A stretch of DNA of 64,000 nucleotides from a virus. Taxonomy: Duplodnaviria; Caudoviricetes. Position 1 is the stretch's first letter; each line of letters opens with the position of its first letter. Location: IMG/VR virus record IMGVR_UViG_3300028833_000119, positions 1-64,000 of that record, one strand, 5' to 3'. A model generated the notes under the pieces. The model made no database searches, was not told the origin of the DNA, and saw nothing but the letters and a program-made list of their open reading frames with translations. The position numbers and the translations under genes are program-made. Below, in pieces: positions 18,645-27,766 of the stretch.

Positions 18645-19046
18645 TTATTTCTCCTTCGGCGGTTCAGGCAACGGCATCCAGTGGCTTACATGTTTAATGC
18701 AGTTACCTTTCCAATGCCACCGTTCCGGATGATCTTTCTGTGTCCCCTGGAACATTCCGGTAGTACTGCTCCTTGTTCCGAACGCCAGAACAACTTTACC
18801 TTCTTCCGGCAGGCGGTCATAAACACTAATCCATTTGGTTTGCTGTTCTTCCATTATTTCACACATAACATGCTGCGCACCTTCGAGCATTAAGATCTCA
18901 TTCTTTTGATTGATTAATAGCTTGGCGGTATCATCTATTTCTTTTTCTGCAGAATCAATATAATGTTCAGGAAGAAACGAAGTAACAATTGTTTTAAGAT
19001 CCTGGAGTTCTTTCAGCACTTTGTAATATTCAGTCAGGTCACTCAC
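18645..19046 (-). CDS. DUF551-like domain protein
   Basis: WISVYDRLPE...VSHWMPLPEPP. Confidence 0.75.
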   Translation of the reverse strand: MSDLTEYYKVLKELQDLKTIVTSFLPEHYIDSAEKEIDDTAKLLINQKNEILMLEGAQHVMCEIMEEQQTKWISVYDRLPEEGKVVLAFGTRSSTTGMFQGTQKDHPERWHWKGNCIKHVSHWMPLPEPPKEK

Positions 19047-19356
19047 TGAGTGTATCCTCCTCTTCTATTTCCTCCAACATATCTTCAGAATTAAACAAAA
19101 TTGCCAGCCCTCGCAAAAACATGTCGGCGCCTTCTTTTGCTTTCGGCTCAAGTGTAGAATAAACCTTTAAGCAATCAACCATCGGACACCATTCCGGTCT
19201 TGCTTCCGGATCAACGAAAATAGTACTGATGTCCTGCTGTTGAGCAGTCGGATCAATTGCTTTCATATGGCAATAAAACTTTTTCCCAAGCGGACCTGGA
19301 TATTCGATTAAACTGCTGCACTCTTTGCAGCACGGCGGAACTTTAAAAGCGATCAT
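19039..19356 (-). CDS. Hypothetical Cys-containing protein
   Basis: PPCCKEC...RPEWCPM. Confidence 0.6.
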   Translation of the reverse strand: MIAFKVPPCCKECSSLIEYPGPLGKKFYCHMKAIDPTAQQQDISTIFVDPEARPEWCPMVDCLKVYSTLEPKAKEGADMFLRGLAILFNSEDMLEEIEEEDTLSE

Positions 19357-19585
19357 ATATTATATCCTTTTCTTTTGCTGCGTTTATAAACGTTTGTAGA
19401 AAAAATTCATCCTGCTCAAGAAACTCAACAATCTCTTTTGTCTGAGGATGTTCTTTCAGATAATCAGGAAACTTATGGTTATTGTTGTCGTATAGCATAA
19501 TTACGAACAAGACGAACCATATACCATTGTCACCAAACTTTTCTTTTATCTGAGAATAAAAATTATGGATTTCATCGTATGTCAT
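19343..19585 (-). CDS. Hypothetical protein
   Basis: RBS AGGAG before MTYDEI. Confidence 0.55.
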   Translation of the reverse strand: MTYDEIHNFYSQIKEKFGDNGIWFVLFVIMLYDNNNHKFPDYLKEHPQTKEIVEFLEQDEFFLQTFINAAKEKDIIYDRF

Positions 19586-19586
19586 A

Positions 19587-19814
19587 TTATTTCTCCTGTG
19601 TTTCATCTGAAAAGATAAATGTTTCACCAATATATGTTATGTATGATGGTAGATTTTCAGGCTTATAATTCAATCTGAAAATCCAACAATCAGAAATTGA
19701 AAATGGCTCACATTTTACCCACGTTATATTTCTGTTAATCAAATCTTGTTGCGGATGTTTTTCAATATGATAATCATAATATGCTGACATACAGTCATAT
19801 CTATAGTGATACAT
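19587..19814 (-). CDS. Hypothetical protein
   Basis: RBS GAGG; HPQ...WIF pattern. Confidence 0.55.
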   Translation of the reverse strand: MYHYRYDCMSAYYDYHIEKHPQQDLINRNITWVKCEPFSISDCWIFRLNYKPENLPSYITYIGETFIFSDETQEK

Positions 19815-19863
19815 ATTTTTTACCTCACTGTTATACGGTTTTATATGCTCCTTATTTTATATA

Positions 19864-20008
19864 ATGCAGGTAAGGATTTGCACCTCACATAGGCCGGTAC
19901 CTGCCCGGGTTAGTGGGATTTGAACCGCTGTGCCGATTACTACTATCAGTCTTTAACTACTCGGCTTTCCTAACATTTCCCCGCGTCTACCTATTCCGCC
20001 ACCGCATT
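19864..20008 (-). ncRNA. tRNA-Leu-like shell with a ~90 nt insert replacing the anticodon region
   Basis: Minus strand: gcgg-TG-GCG-GAATAGGTAGA-CGC (Leu D arm) ... tgagg-tgcaaat-cctta-cctgcat (T arm plus acceptor). Confidence 0.5.
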
Positions 20009-20017
20009 TTGCATATA

Positions 20018-20200
20018 TCATTCTTTAACTTCCTCGGAATCGACCCAATACTCCCCACCGTTCTCTTCTTCTAAACGCTTTGCTTCTTCTTCAGCCGATT
20101 CTTTTGTCGCATGAATGGATACTGTAACAACGGTGTCATCCGTCAATCCATGCCCGATATAATTTCCAATTTCTGTGTGCAATACAGCAAATACTTTCAT
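20018..20200 (-). CDS. Hypothetical protein
   Basis: MKVFAV...SIHATKESAEEEAK; RBS GAGG. Confidence 0.6.
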   Translation of the reverse strand: MKVFAVLHTEIGNYIGHGLTDDTVVTVSIHATKESAEEEAKRLEEENGGEYWVDSEEVKE

Positions 20201-20223
20201 TCTGCACCTCATAAATTGTTATG

Positions 20224-20436
20224 TCATTCTTTAACTTCTTTAACGGAAAGAACCTTCCCCAAACAATTTTCGATATTTCCTGTCACAATTTCTTTTATGC
20301 GCTCAAAGGTTTCGTTTTCATCGCATGGCTTGTATTCGATTTCAATTACGATTTTCATAATACCTTGCATCGCATTCGCTACAGAAATAATCCGTTGCTG
20401 GACATCTTGCCCAGCGATTCTTTTTACTGTATTCAT
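20224..20436 (-). CDS. Hypothetical protein
   Basis: Operon-packed ORF. Confidence 0.55.
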   Translation of the reverse strand: MNTVKRIAGQDVQQRIISVANAMQGIMKIVIEIEYKPCDENETFERIKEIVTGNIENCLGKVLSVKEVKE

Positions 20437-20459
20437 AATTAATTCTTTCTAATTTTTCA

Positions 20460-23400
20460 TCACACAATCGTATATTGGTCCATCCAGTTTTCCATGACGC
20501 CAGGTTTACCATACGCTTCCTTCTGCTGCCACCTGTCAAGGCGAATAATATTGCCGGCTTTCAGCGGATTCGCGGCGAATGTTTTTTTTAGCACCTTCAT
20601 CATGCCGACATTGCCGGTAGTCAGTGACTGCATACGAATTTTCGGAGAATACTTTTCGTCCACTTCGAGGACAGCATAGCATCCTTTGTACGCCTCCGGA
20701 AGTATCGTCATTGGTGCGCCAAGCAGCTCACACTCATAGCGAACCACTTCCAGCGGATCGTCCTTGTCAACCATGGCATGCTGGTTGTCCGATTTAGTGT
20801 CGAACATACCGGACAAAAAACCATTGACCACGGAACTGTCTCCAGTCTCGATGGCGATCAGTTCATTCATTCGCTTCTGCTGGGATGCCAGCACAAGCGT
20901 TGTTTTAAAACAATGGGCGCCGTTATAAAACTCATCGTACAACCACAACAACCGTTTGATTGTGCCGAACTCCCGGAAGTAATCCAGCTTGATCAGCTTT
21001 TCAATGACAGCGGTATTCAATGCGCCTGGATACAGCGTCATGTCGCGGAGGAGTTCAACGAACGTACCATACTCACGATTCTTCATATTCCAGAGCGCTT
21101 CGGCATCCTTGAGGCCGACGCCCTTGATGGACGAGAGCGCATCACTGATCGTGTGCTCAACCGGATCAATACAGAACGTGCGGTTATCTTGGCGGAACTT
21201 CGGTTTGGTCATCCGGATACCACGGACTTTTGCCATTGTACGTCCTGTGTTAATATCGTCATCATTGGCGGCGTTCTTCAGGTAAGCAGCGATGAACTGC
21301 TCAGGATGATGATGGCGTAGATAACCACACATATATGACAACAGGCTGTATCCTACTGCGTGGTTATAATTGAAGCTGTACTCACTGGAATCCTCGATGA
21401 CTTTCAGGAATTCTTTTGCTTCTTCCTCTGCTTCTTCTCGCGGCTTATCAGAATTTTTACAGTAACCGTCAAGAATCTCAGGCATTGCTTTGTCAATCTT
21501 GTCGCGCTTCTTCTTAGATATCGCACGACGGATGGTGTCGGCGTATGAAGCAGACAGGCCGCAAACCTTTTGTAGAAATTCGATGACCTGTTCCTGATAG
21601 CAACAGAATCCATAGGAGTCCCAGAAGATTTCATCAATCTGTTTTGTTGGATTCTTGTGCCGTTTCCTCGCAAATAACTGATCACGATAAGACGCACTGC
21701 CAGGGCGGAGAGCAGCGTTCACAACAGTAATCTCTTCGATACTGCGAGGTTTAAACTTTTTAATAGAGTCAGAAGCAAAGTCAGATTCAAACTGGAATAC
21801 GCCGCTTGTGTCATTACAGATATCGTCCCATACATCCTTGTCACAGAAGTCTATTTCATTCATACGAGGGTAGGGAAGACCAAGCAGTTTATATGTGTCG
21901 CTGATAACCTGAACCGTCTTCAAGATTAACAGATCGTATTTCACAAGATTGACTGTGCTGGCTTCATTCATATCAATGAGCAAGCAACGTTCGCCATCCT
22001 TGTTAAACACTCCCCAGTTTTCTTCGAGCGGTTCGCAACAGATGACCATGCCAGCTGGGTGAACTGACTGTGAAACACGAGTACCAACCATTGCATTCTC
22101 ATAATAAAAAAGATCCGGGTATTTTTTACGGGTAGTATCCTGGTCTGTTTTATATTCTTTTTTGATTGCCTGCAGTTTCAGAGGATTATATGGATTCTTA
22201 TGGTCGAACTTATATTTTACTTTATCCATTCGACCATTCTCTTTAAACTTCTCAGGAAAGTGTTCTCGTTCCCACATAATCCCAAGACCGCCACCACAGT
22301 CATCAATAAACGAGAGGTCGGCAATCGTACCATATGCAGCGACCCTGGCACATTTATCGGCACCAAACTTTGAGATGATATATTCGAAGATTGCAGGACG
22401 ATCGCTTTCAATACAGTCCTCGTCAACGTCTGCCAGACTGACGCGTTCACTGTTACAGAACCGGCTGAAGTTCGTATGCCACTGAACAGGATTCAAGTCT
22501 GTAATACCAGTAACATACGCGACACGGGAACCGCTGACAGATCCACGGCTTGGACCAATTGGCTTACCGGTATCACGGCACCAGTTAATGATCTCGTGCA
22601 TGGAAAGCATGAACCCACCCATATTTGTCTGATGGAACGCATCAAACTCTTCTGTGATATCACGGCGAAATTCTTCTTCCTGCTCCTTTGGAATCACGCC
22701 GGATTCAATTTTCTCATCGAGCATCTTCCATGTAACTTCATGAAGTTTTTCTTCGTCAGCTTCAGGAGATCCGTACAGCACAGGATACTTTGGACGCTTA
22801 TCCAGTGACCAGTCTTCAACAAGATCGGCCATTACATTTGTGTTTTCAATAGCATCCATGTAAACACCGCGAGGCAATGCATCCTGTTTTTCATATGCAT
22901 CGATCAGTTCATCATAATTCTTCCATGTCATATCCCAGCCATCTTCGTTGTATTTTTGTTCCTTATACTCTAGTAATACATCTCTTGCCTGGGCTTTTAT
23001 TATAGAAGATGAATGAGTATCTGTACCGGCAATCAGCGGTATACCTGTCTGCTGAGACAGCTTTAATAACCAGCGGTTATAATCTTTCTGATCCTGCACA
23101 TTATGGTGCTGGATCTCAAGATAATCAAACGCACGAACAATCTCCATATATCTCGGATCTGTATGTTCGATACGGTTGAGAGGCGAGGCAAGACATGCAC
23201 TCGTCTTAATAACATTACTGGAAATATTCAGGAGCTGGTCTATACTTATTCTCGGCGAATAATAGAATTGTTCAGGCTGAGTCGCGAGATTCATCAGGCG
23301 ATTAATCTCATGAAACCCTTCTTTATTACGGGCGAGGAGACACACATGCATATTATCTCTGACCTTTGGATCGAGAGAATATGTGACATATGCTTCTACA

Positions 23401-23594
23401 CCAAAGATAAATTTTATACCTTTGCTGTCGCAATAATCTTTCTTCTCAACCCAGGAACGCGGAAGGCCGTGCTCTGTTGACCCAATGGCTTTCATGCCCT
23501 GTGCAACAGCAAGATCTACATATTCAGAATATTTTGAACAGCTATCAAGAAGCGAAGAATCAGAATGAAGATGGTAACATACAAAATTACCCAC
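20460..23594 (-). CDS. dnaE: DNA polymerase III alpha subunit (family C)
   Basis: GTG start with GGAGGA RBS; PHP domain HLHSDSSLLDS, TEHG, GTDTH; GPSRGSVSGS; ADVDED catalytic motif; FNYNHAVGY; HhH SSIKGVG. Confidence 0.95.
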   Translation of the reverse strand: MGNFVCYHLHSDSSLLDSCSKYSEYVDLAVAQGMKAIGSTEHGLPRSWVEKKDYCDSKGIKFIFGVEAYVTYSLDPKVRDNMHVCLLARNKEGFHEINRLMNLATQPEQFYYSPRISIDQLLNISSNVIKTSACLASPLNRIEHTDPRYMEIVRAFDYLEIQHHNVQDQKDYNRWLLKLSQQTGIPLIAGTDTHSSSIIKAQARDVLLEYKEQKYNEDGWDMTWKNYDELIDAYEKQDALPRGVYMDAIENTNVMADLVEDWSLDKRPKYPVLYGSPEADEEKLHEVTWKMLDEKIESGVIPKEQEEEFRRDITEEFDAFHQTNMGGFMLSMHEIINWCRDTGKPIGPSRGSVSGSRVAYVTGITDLNPVQWHTNFSRFCNSERVSLADVDEDCIESDRPAIFEYIISKFGADKCARVAAYGTIADLSFIDDCGGGLGIMWEREHFPEKFKENGRMDKVKYKFDHKNPYNPLKLQAIKKEYKTDQDTTRKKYPDLFYYENAMVGTRVSQSVHPAGMVICCEPLEENWGVFNKDGERCLLIDMNEASTVNLVKYDLLILKTVQVISDTYKLLGLPYPRMNEIDFCDKDVWDDICNDTSGVFQFESDFASDSIKKFKPRSIEEITVVNAALRPGSASYRDQLFARKRHKNPTKQIDEIFWDSYGFCCYQEQVIEFLQKVCGLSASYADTIRRAISKKKRDKIDKAMPEILDGYCKNSDKPREEAEEEAKEFLKVIEDSSEYSFNYNHAVGYSLLSYMCGYLRHHHPEQFIAAYLKNAANDDDINTGRTMAKVRGIRMTKPKFRQDNRTFCIDPVEHTISDALSSIKGVGLKDAEALWNMKNREYGTFVELLRDMTLYPGALNTAVIEKLIKLDYFREFGTIKRLLWLYDEFYNGAHCFKTTLVLASQQKRMNELIAIETGDSSVVNGFLSGMFDTKSDNQHAMVDKDDPLEVVRYECELLGAPMTILPEAYKGCYAVLEVDEKYSPKIRMQSLTTGNVGMMKVLKKTFAANPLKAGNIIRLDRWQQKEAYGKPGVMENWMDQYTIV

Positions 23595-24237
23595 AGTATT
23601 TCCTCCTGTGTTTATGCGTTTGTTCTGATAATGCACGTTCGACTGACCAGCCATATATAACTATCCGTCTTCTGATTGTATCTTTACGGATGCCAGTAAT
23701 TTCAGACCATTCCTGGATAGTATGTGTTTCACCATTATAGGTTAATAGGTGATTAGACCTCATATTGTTACATTGCTGCTTTTGTGTATGCCATGCACAA
23801 TTTTCGGGAGAATAATTACCATTTGTATCGATGCGATCAATAGTACACTGATACTTTGGAGCGGAATCATCATATCCATGTGAATATGCCCATTCTTTGA
23901 ACAGTAAATAATTGTCCCATTCTTTACATACTTTTATTCCCCTTGCACCATACCATTTGTATTGCGGAGAGTTTACATTATTGCATCTGTCTTTAATTCC
24001 ATGCCAAACACCATATAATCTATCATCGTGTCTTGCATTACGGACATGATCTGGTCTTACACACCCACAACATTTACTGGTTCCGGTTCTGACACTTCTT
24101 CCTTCAACAATCTTTTCTTTTCCACAAAGCAAACAACGACACAAAAAAGTGGCAGATCCCGATTTGCTTCTGCCAACTTCTTTAATTACATACCAATTGT
24201 TAATTGTTTGCCCAGTAATGTCTTTTACATTACCCAA
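23587..24237 (-). CDS. HNH homing endonuclease
   Basis: KDITGQTINNW...FLCRCLLCG...CCGC; YGVWHGIKDRC...YGARGI...TIDRIDTNGNYSPENC; TTG start with AAAGGA RBS. Confidence 0.88.
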   Translation of the reverse strand: MGNVKDITGQTINNWYVIKEVGRSKSGSATFLCRCLLCGKEKIVEGRSVRTGTSKCCGCVRPDHVRNARHDDRLYGVWHGIKDRCNNVNSPQYKWYGARGIKVCKEWDNYLLFKEWAYSHGYDDSAPKYQCTIDRIDTNGNYSPENCAWHTQKQQCNNMRSNHLLTYNGETHTIQEWSEITGIRKDTIRRRIVIYGWSVERALSEQTHKHRRKYCG

Positions 24238-24244
24238 TGTTATA

Positions 24245-24532
24245 TTATCCTTTCTTCGCCCACTGCACCTGCACATGCTTTTCAAGAACGTCTTCATAGA
24301 TCTCAGGATATTCCATTTCAACTGCCTTATCCATCACCAACTCGGTTCCATAACCGAACGCCTTGTCACATTTCGGACACAAGAATTTTGCAAGCGAAAC
24401 CTGATAACCATATGCCAGTCGGTCATCCGTTATATCGTAACCACGATACCAACTATGGCAGTACGGGCACTGCACAGCAATATGACGAATTGGAGCCAAC
24501 TCGTATTCGACACGGACATTAAATTTATTCAT
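24245..24532 (-). CDS. Zn-finger hypothetical protein
   Basis: VQCPYC...LCPKC. Confidence 0.6.
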   Translation of the reverse strand: MNKFNVRVEYELAPIRHIAVQCPYCHSWYRGYDITDDRLAYGYQVSLAKFLCPKCDKAFGYGTELVMDKAVEMEYPEIYEDVLEKHVQVQWAKKG

Positions 24533-24896
24533 CTTTTTTCTCCTGTTCACTGATCATATCATCAATCGCCCAGCAGGCATCGCGAACGCCTTTGCAATAA
24601 TACAGATACTGAATTGATTCTCGACCATATAAGGATTTGTTCGGTAGATACTCAACCTTCAGCCGCGCATTCTTCAGCGTGTTTGTCACGATCTCGTTCT
24701 TGCCGAGACTCGCCTGAATACCGTTGGCCACAAGCGATGCATTGTGCCGGCGAAGCTTGTCAATCTCCTTGGCGTCCTCATCAAGCAGCGCAACCGCACT
24801 ATCAAGCGCATTGATAACAGAATCCGATAAAACCGCATTCGATGCAATCAATGCAAGTTTTTGTTTCAGAAGATTACGATCCTTCATATTACTCAA
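24525..24896 (-). CDS. Hypothetical coiled-coil protein
   Basis: Operon-packed ORF. Confidence 0.6.
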   Translation of the reverse strand: MSNMKDRNLLKQKLALIASNAVLSDSVINALDSAVALLDEDAKEIDKLRRHNASLVANGIQASLGKNEIVTNTLKNARLKVEYLPNKSLYGRESIQYLYYCKGVRDACWAIDDMISEQEKKDE

Positions 24897-25260
24897 CCCT
24901 CAACTCACACAACGTTTTACTGTTCTTCCTTACAACCGGCATAAACGAAACACCGACATTCATATCCCATGATTGTGTAAAATGAGCAAGCGGATACGGA
25001 CTGTTACCACCATACATATCGACTGTATTCGCGGTCATCGATATCTCCTCAAGTTTTGGAACGGCAAGCATTGACATAATCACGCGCCCATCTGAATTAC
25101 CAAGCCGGACATTGCTCGGAAGAACAAACTGGCACACCACCGGATCATCAGATGCAAAGTCAATCGCCGTCAGATCAAGATAAGTCGTGCCGCAGAAAGG
25201 ACACTTGATCTCAGACGTATCCTTCGCGGCACCACAGTTAATGCAATTTGTTTTACTCAT
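24889..25260 (-). CDS. Zn-ribbon hypothetical protein
   Basis: NCINCGA...KCPFCG. Confidence 0.65.
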   Translation of the reverse strand: MSKTNCINCGAAKDTSEIKCPFCGTTYLDLTAIDFASDDPVVCQFVLPSNVRLGNSDGRVIMSMLAVPKLEEISMTANTVDMYGGNSPYPLAHFTQSWDMNVGVSFMPVVRKNSKTLCELRVE

Positions 25261-25468
25261 CTTTCACCACAGCAATAATAAAAGCCACAGCAATAATCAG
25301 CGCAGCCAAACAAAGCGTAATCCATGTCGGTGCCAGTACCCACCACCAGCTCCAGTCAATCACCTTGCACAGCTTCAGAACGATGAACGCAACCTGCAGG
25401 ACACCGGTAGACCCGATGCCGCCTTTGGACGATTGGTTCTCATGGTAAACTCTTACTCGGCTCATCAA
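25253..25468 (-). CDS. Small transmembrane phage protein
   Basis: GIGSTGVLQVAFIVLKLCKVIDWSWWWVLAPTW. Confidence 0.75.
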   Translation of the reverse strand: MMSRVRVYHENQSSKGGIGSTGVLQVAFIVLKLCKVIDWSWWWVLAPTWITLCLAALIIAVAFIIAVVKDE

Positions 25469-25480
25469 TAATCAATCCTT

Positions 25481-25765
25481 TCAATTATATGTATTACAGT
25501 ATTCGCAGAAACCGCTGCGGGAAACCGGAGCCCCGCAGTTCCTGCAGTTTGTTTTCTTGGGACGCGAAAGCGAACCGTCATCGCAACAGCATTCAGGAAT
25601 ATTCGGATAATAATACGGATGTGCGATCAACGCCCATGCCGGCGATTGCAACGGACGTTGGCTAACAGCCTGAGTCGAACTCAGAATCGCCTGGGTCTGT
25701 AGCGTACAACAAATGTTCGCTTGCTGTTCCTCCAGCAGTGAACGCAAATCACAAATATCATGCAT
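25481..25765 (-). CDS. Hypothetical protein with C-terminal Zn ribbon
   Basis: NCRNCGAP...CEYC. Confidence 0.55.
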   Translation of the reverse strand: MHDICDLRSLLEEQQANICCTLQTQAILSSTQAVSQRPLQSPAWALIAHPYYYPNIPECCCDDGSLSRPKKTNCRNCGAPVSRSGFCEYCNTYN

Positions 25766-25965
25766 TATTCATCATGGCACTCAATGAGTGCTTCTCCTTC
25801 GCCAAGATGAAACACATGGCGGATGTTTTCATGTTTAAACATGAATGTTTCATCACCGTTTTGATCTTTGCCAAGCGGCTGCATAAACTCAACCTCAACC
25901 TTGTCATCCAGATCGCAGTTCAGGACAAGCGCCTGGATCAGCTCGCGGACTGTTGTCATCATCAT
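25765..25965 (-). CDS. Hypothetical protein
   Basis: MTTVRELIQAL pattern. Confidence 0.6.
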   Translation of the reverse strand: MMMTTVRELIQALVLNCDLDDKVEVEFMQPLGKDQNGDETFMFKHENIRHVFHLGEGEALIECHDE

Positions 25966-26288
25966 TGTTTCCTTTCTTCAAACTCAACCCTGCCGGATTT
26001 ATACAAAACCAAATTCATATTGCGGGGGCCTACGGTGCAAAGCTTATCACGATGCCTCAGCATCGCATCCAGGATTGCGAGGATCATGCGGATATCCTTG
26101 CGGCGAATACCACGCTTATACAGCGCATTAGAACGCGACTCAATAATATCGTACATCAGGACAATAGCGGCAGCGAACCCGGCGGCATATTCTTTGCTGT
26201 TAGTATCCAAAGGCAGCAGCCTCCTCGGCTTCACGTTTTGCTTTCCATGCTTCGATCGCGGCCAGATGAACACGCTGATAATCATCAC
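25962..26288 (-). CDS. Hypothetical protein (true start probably an internal GTG)
   Basis: Operon-packed; overlaps the 3' end of the nuclease gene. Confidence 0.5.
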   Translation of the reverse strand: MMIISVFIWPRSKHGKQNVKPRRLLPLDTNSKEYAAGFAAAIVLMYDIIESRSNALYKRGIRRKDIRMILAILDAMLRHRDKLCTVGPRNMNLVLYKSGRVEFEERKQ

Positions 26289-27057
26289 AGGACGGATTCA
26301 CGCCGCAGATCCATTTGCAAAAATATGGCTCTTTTGTTTCTTCGGCGCCGATACAGGAATGCCAGTCTTCAAACAGGTCGCATGCTTCAATCTCCCGGAT
26401 GCCATCCATGAACCATTTCTTTGTGACGTCAACCATCGCTTCATCAAACGGCTCATCAATGTTCACCATGTCTTTGACCATATTAAAACGCAGTGTCTTC
26501 GGATATACGCCGTACTCTTGCTTACACCAGATCGCATAGAGATATAACTGCATCCTGTAAATCTGGTATTCTTTTTTCATTGAGGCCATGGACTTTGTCT
26601 TATGATCAACAATGATGATATCCGGTTGCAAGGCCGTGTCGCAAAGCACCAGATCGGCAATTCCCGAAACAGGATAACCGCCGATATCAAGCACAAACTT
26701 CTTTTCAACAGAAAGGACTTTGTAACCATCCGGGATGCCTTCAAAATTTTCAAGATACTGAATCGCAGCGTTGTAATTCTTCTCACCGAAACCCTTTGGA
26801 AACGGCGGAGGAGCAACAATTACTTCAGACTCATAACGGGACCGCCATTCATCTGCGAGACAGAATACAGGAAGATTGCCCTTGTAATACTGCTCCAGAA
26901 TCGAATGCATCAGCGAACCGTACTCGGAAAAGTACCCCGGCAGTTCATCGTCGCTGCCGGGGTTTTCAACGTATGTCAAATAGAATGACATGGGACATTG
27001 TTTGAAAGCTGCGATCTTGCTGAAACTGTACCGGAAGTTATTCGGCAGGTGTTTCAT
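26200..27057 (-). CDS. PD-(D/E)xK exonuclease, Cas4/AddB-like with Cys cluster
   Basis: SFSKI...QCP, YGSLMHSILE, VEKKF, GIADLV, DHKT, QLYLY and C-terminal C...CKWICG...C. Confidence 0.85.
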   Translation of the reverse strand: MKHLPNNFRYSFSKIAAFKQCPMSFYLTYVENPGSDDELPGYFSEYGSLMHSILEQYYKGNLPVFCLADEWRSRYESEVIVAPPPFPKGFGEKNYNAAIQYLENFEGIPDGYKVLSVEKKFVLDIGGYPVSGIADLVLCDTALQPDIIIVDHKTKSMASMKKEYQIYRMQLYLYAIWCKQEYGVYPKTLRFNMVKDMVNIDEPFDEAMVDVTKKWFMDGIREIEACDLFEDWHSCIGAEETKEPYFCKWICGVNPSCDDYQRVHLAAIEAWKAKREAEEAAAFGY

Positions 27058-27646
27058 CCTTCTTCTCCTTTGATGCTTCGCCGGTAATTGCTTTGGCAAG
27101 ATTGTTGATCGCATCGCAGATAAATTTAGTAGGCTGCGGATTGGAATCGTATTCTTTTGGCTTTTGCTCGGTTTTCTTTGGTTCAGGCTTTGGTTCGGCC
27201 ACAGGTTTCAGGTTATCCATGTCGCACTCTTGCATGATCGCCTTGGCCCGGGAGGTAGAACCGAACATCTTCTTCATGCAGGCCATGGCAAACCCGGCGT
27301 ATTTCTCGTAGGGCTGGTCTTCCATGCATTTGACTACGGTTTTTGTTCCGTCGTCCCAGAAGACGATCGTTGCCGGAGGATTGAAGATAATACGATCGAC
27401 GTCAGGGATACCCCACATCATCGGATCTTCTTCCTCGAGCTCAAGTTCGCAGTCGAAACATTCTTCCTGGCAGAGATCGCACTCAGAACAGTCAAGATCA
27501 CAGAATGGGATTTCTTCGTCAGGAATATCTTTGGTTACAGTTTCTTTGGTTTCACTTACAGGTATCAAACGGCAATCATGCCAGTAATAACTACCATCAC
27601 CAGTATGTATTGCCTGAAGCAACAAGGAATCAAAATCATCAACCAT
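27038..27646 (-). CDS. Hypothetical phage protein
   Basis: RIIFNPPATIVFWDDGTKTVVKC domain; acidic Cys-rich linker. Confidence 0.75.
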   Translation of the reverse strand: MVDDFDSLLLQAIHTGDGSYYWHDCRLIPVSETKETVTKDIPDEEIPFCDLDCSECDLCQEECFDCELELEEEDPMMWGIPDVDRIIFNPPATIVFWDDGTKTVVKCMEDQPYEKYAGFAMACMKKMFGSTSRAKAIMQECDMDNLKPVAEPKPEPKKTEQKPKEYDSNPQPTKFICDAINNLAKAITGEASKEKKDETPAE

Positions 27647-27766
27647 ATTATTTCCTTCCTGCCGGTTGTTCCGGCGGTTGTTTATTTGTTTTAGTTAAAA
27701 TGGAATGAATAATATATTATCTAAACAAGGATAAAATTGGCATTATAGATAATATATGCGCTGTAA

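Noticed and set aside
12942-23654. Self-splicing introns or inteins in nrdD and dnaE
   Set aside because: Both frames are continuous and of normal length with no intein motifs; the HNH gene lies upstream of dnaE, not inside it.
26200-27057. Cas4 / CRISPR locus
   Set aside because: No array or other cas genes; the context (SSB, Sak4-like ATPase, primase-helicase) indicates a recombination exonuclease.
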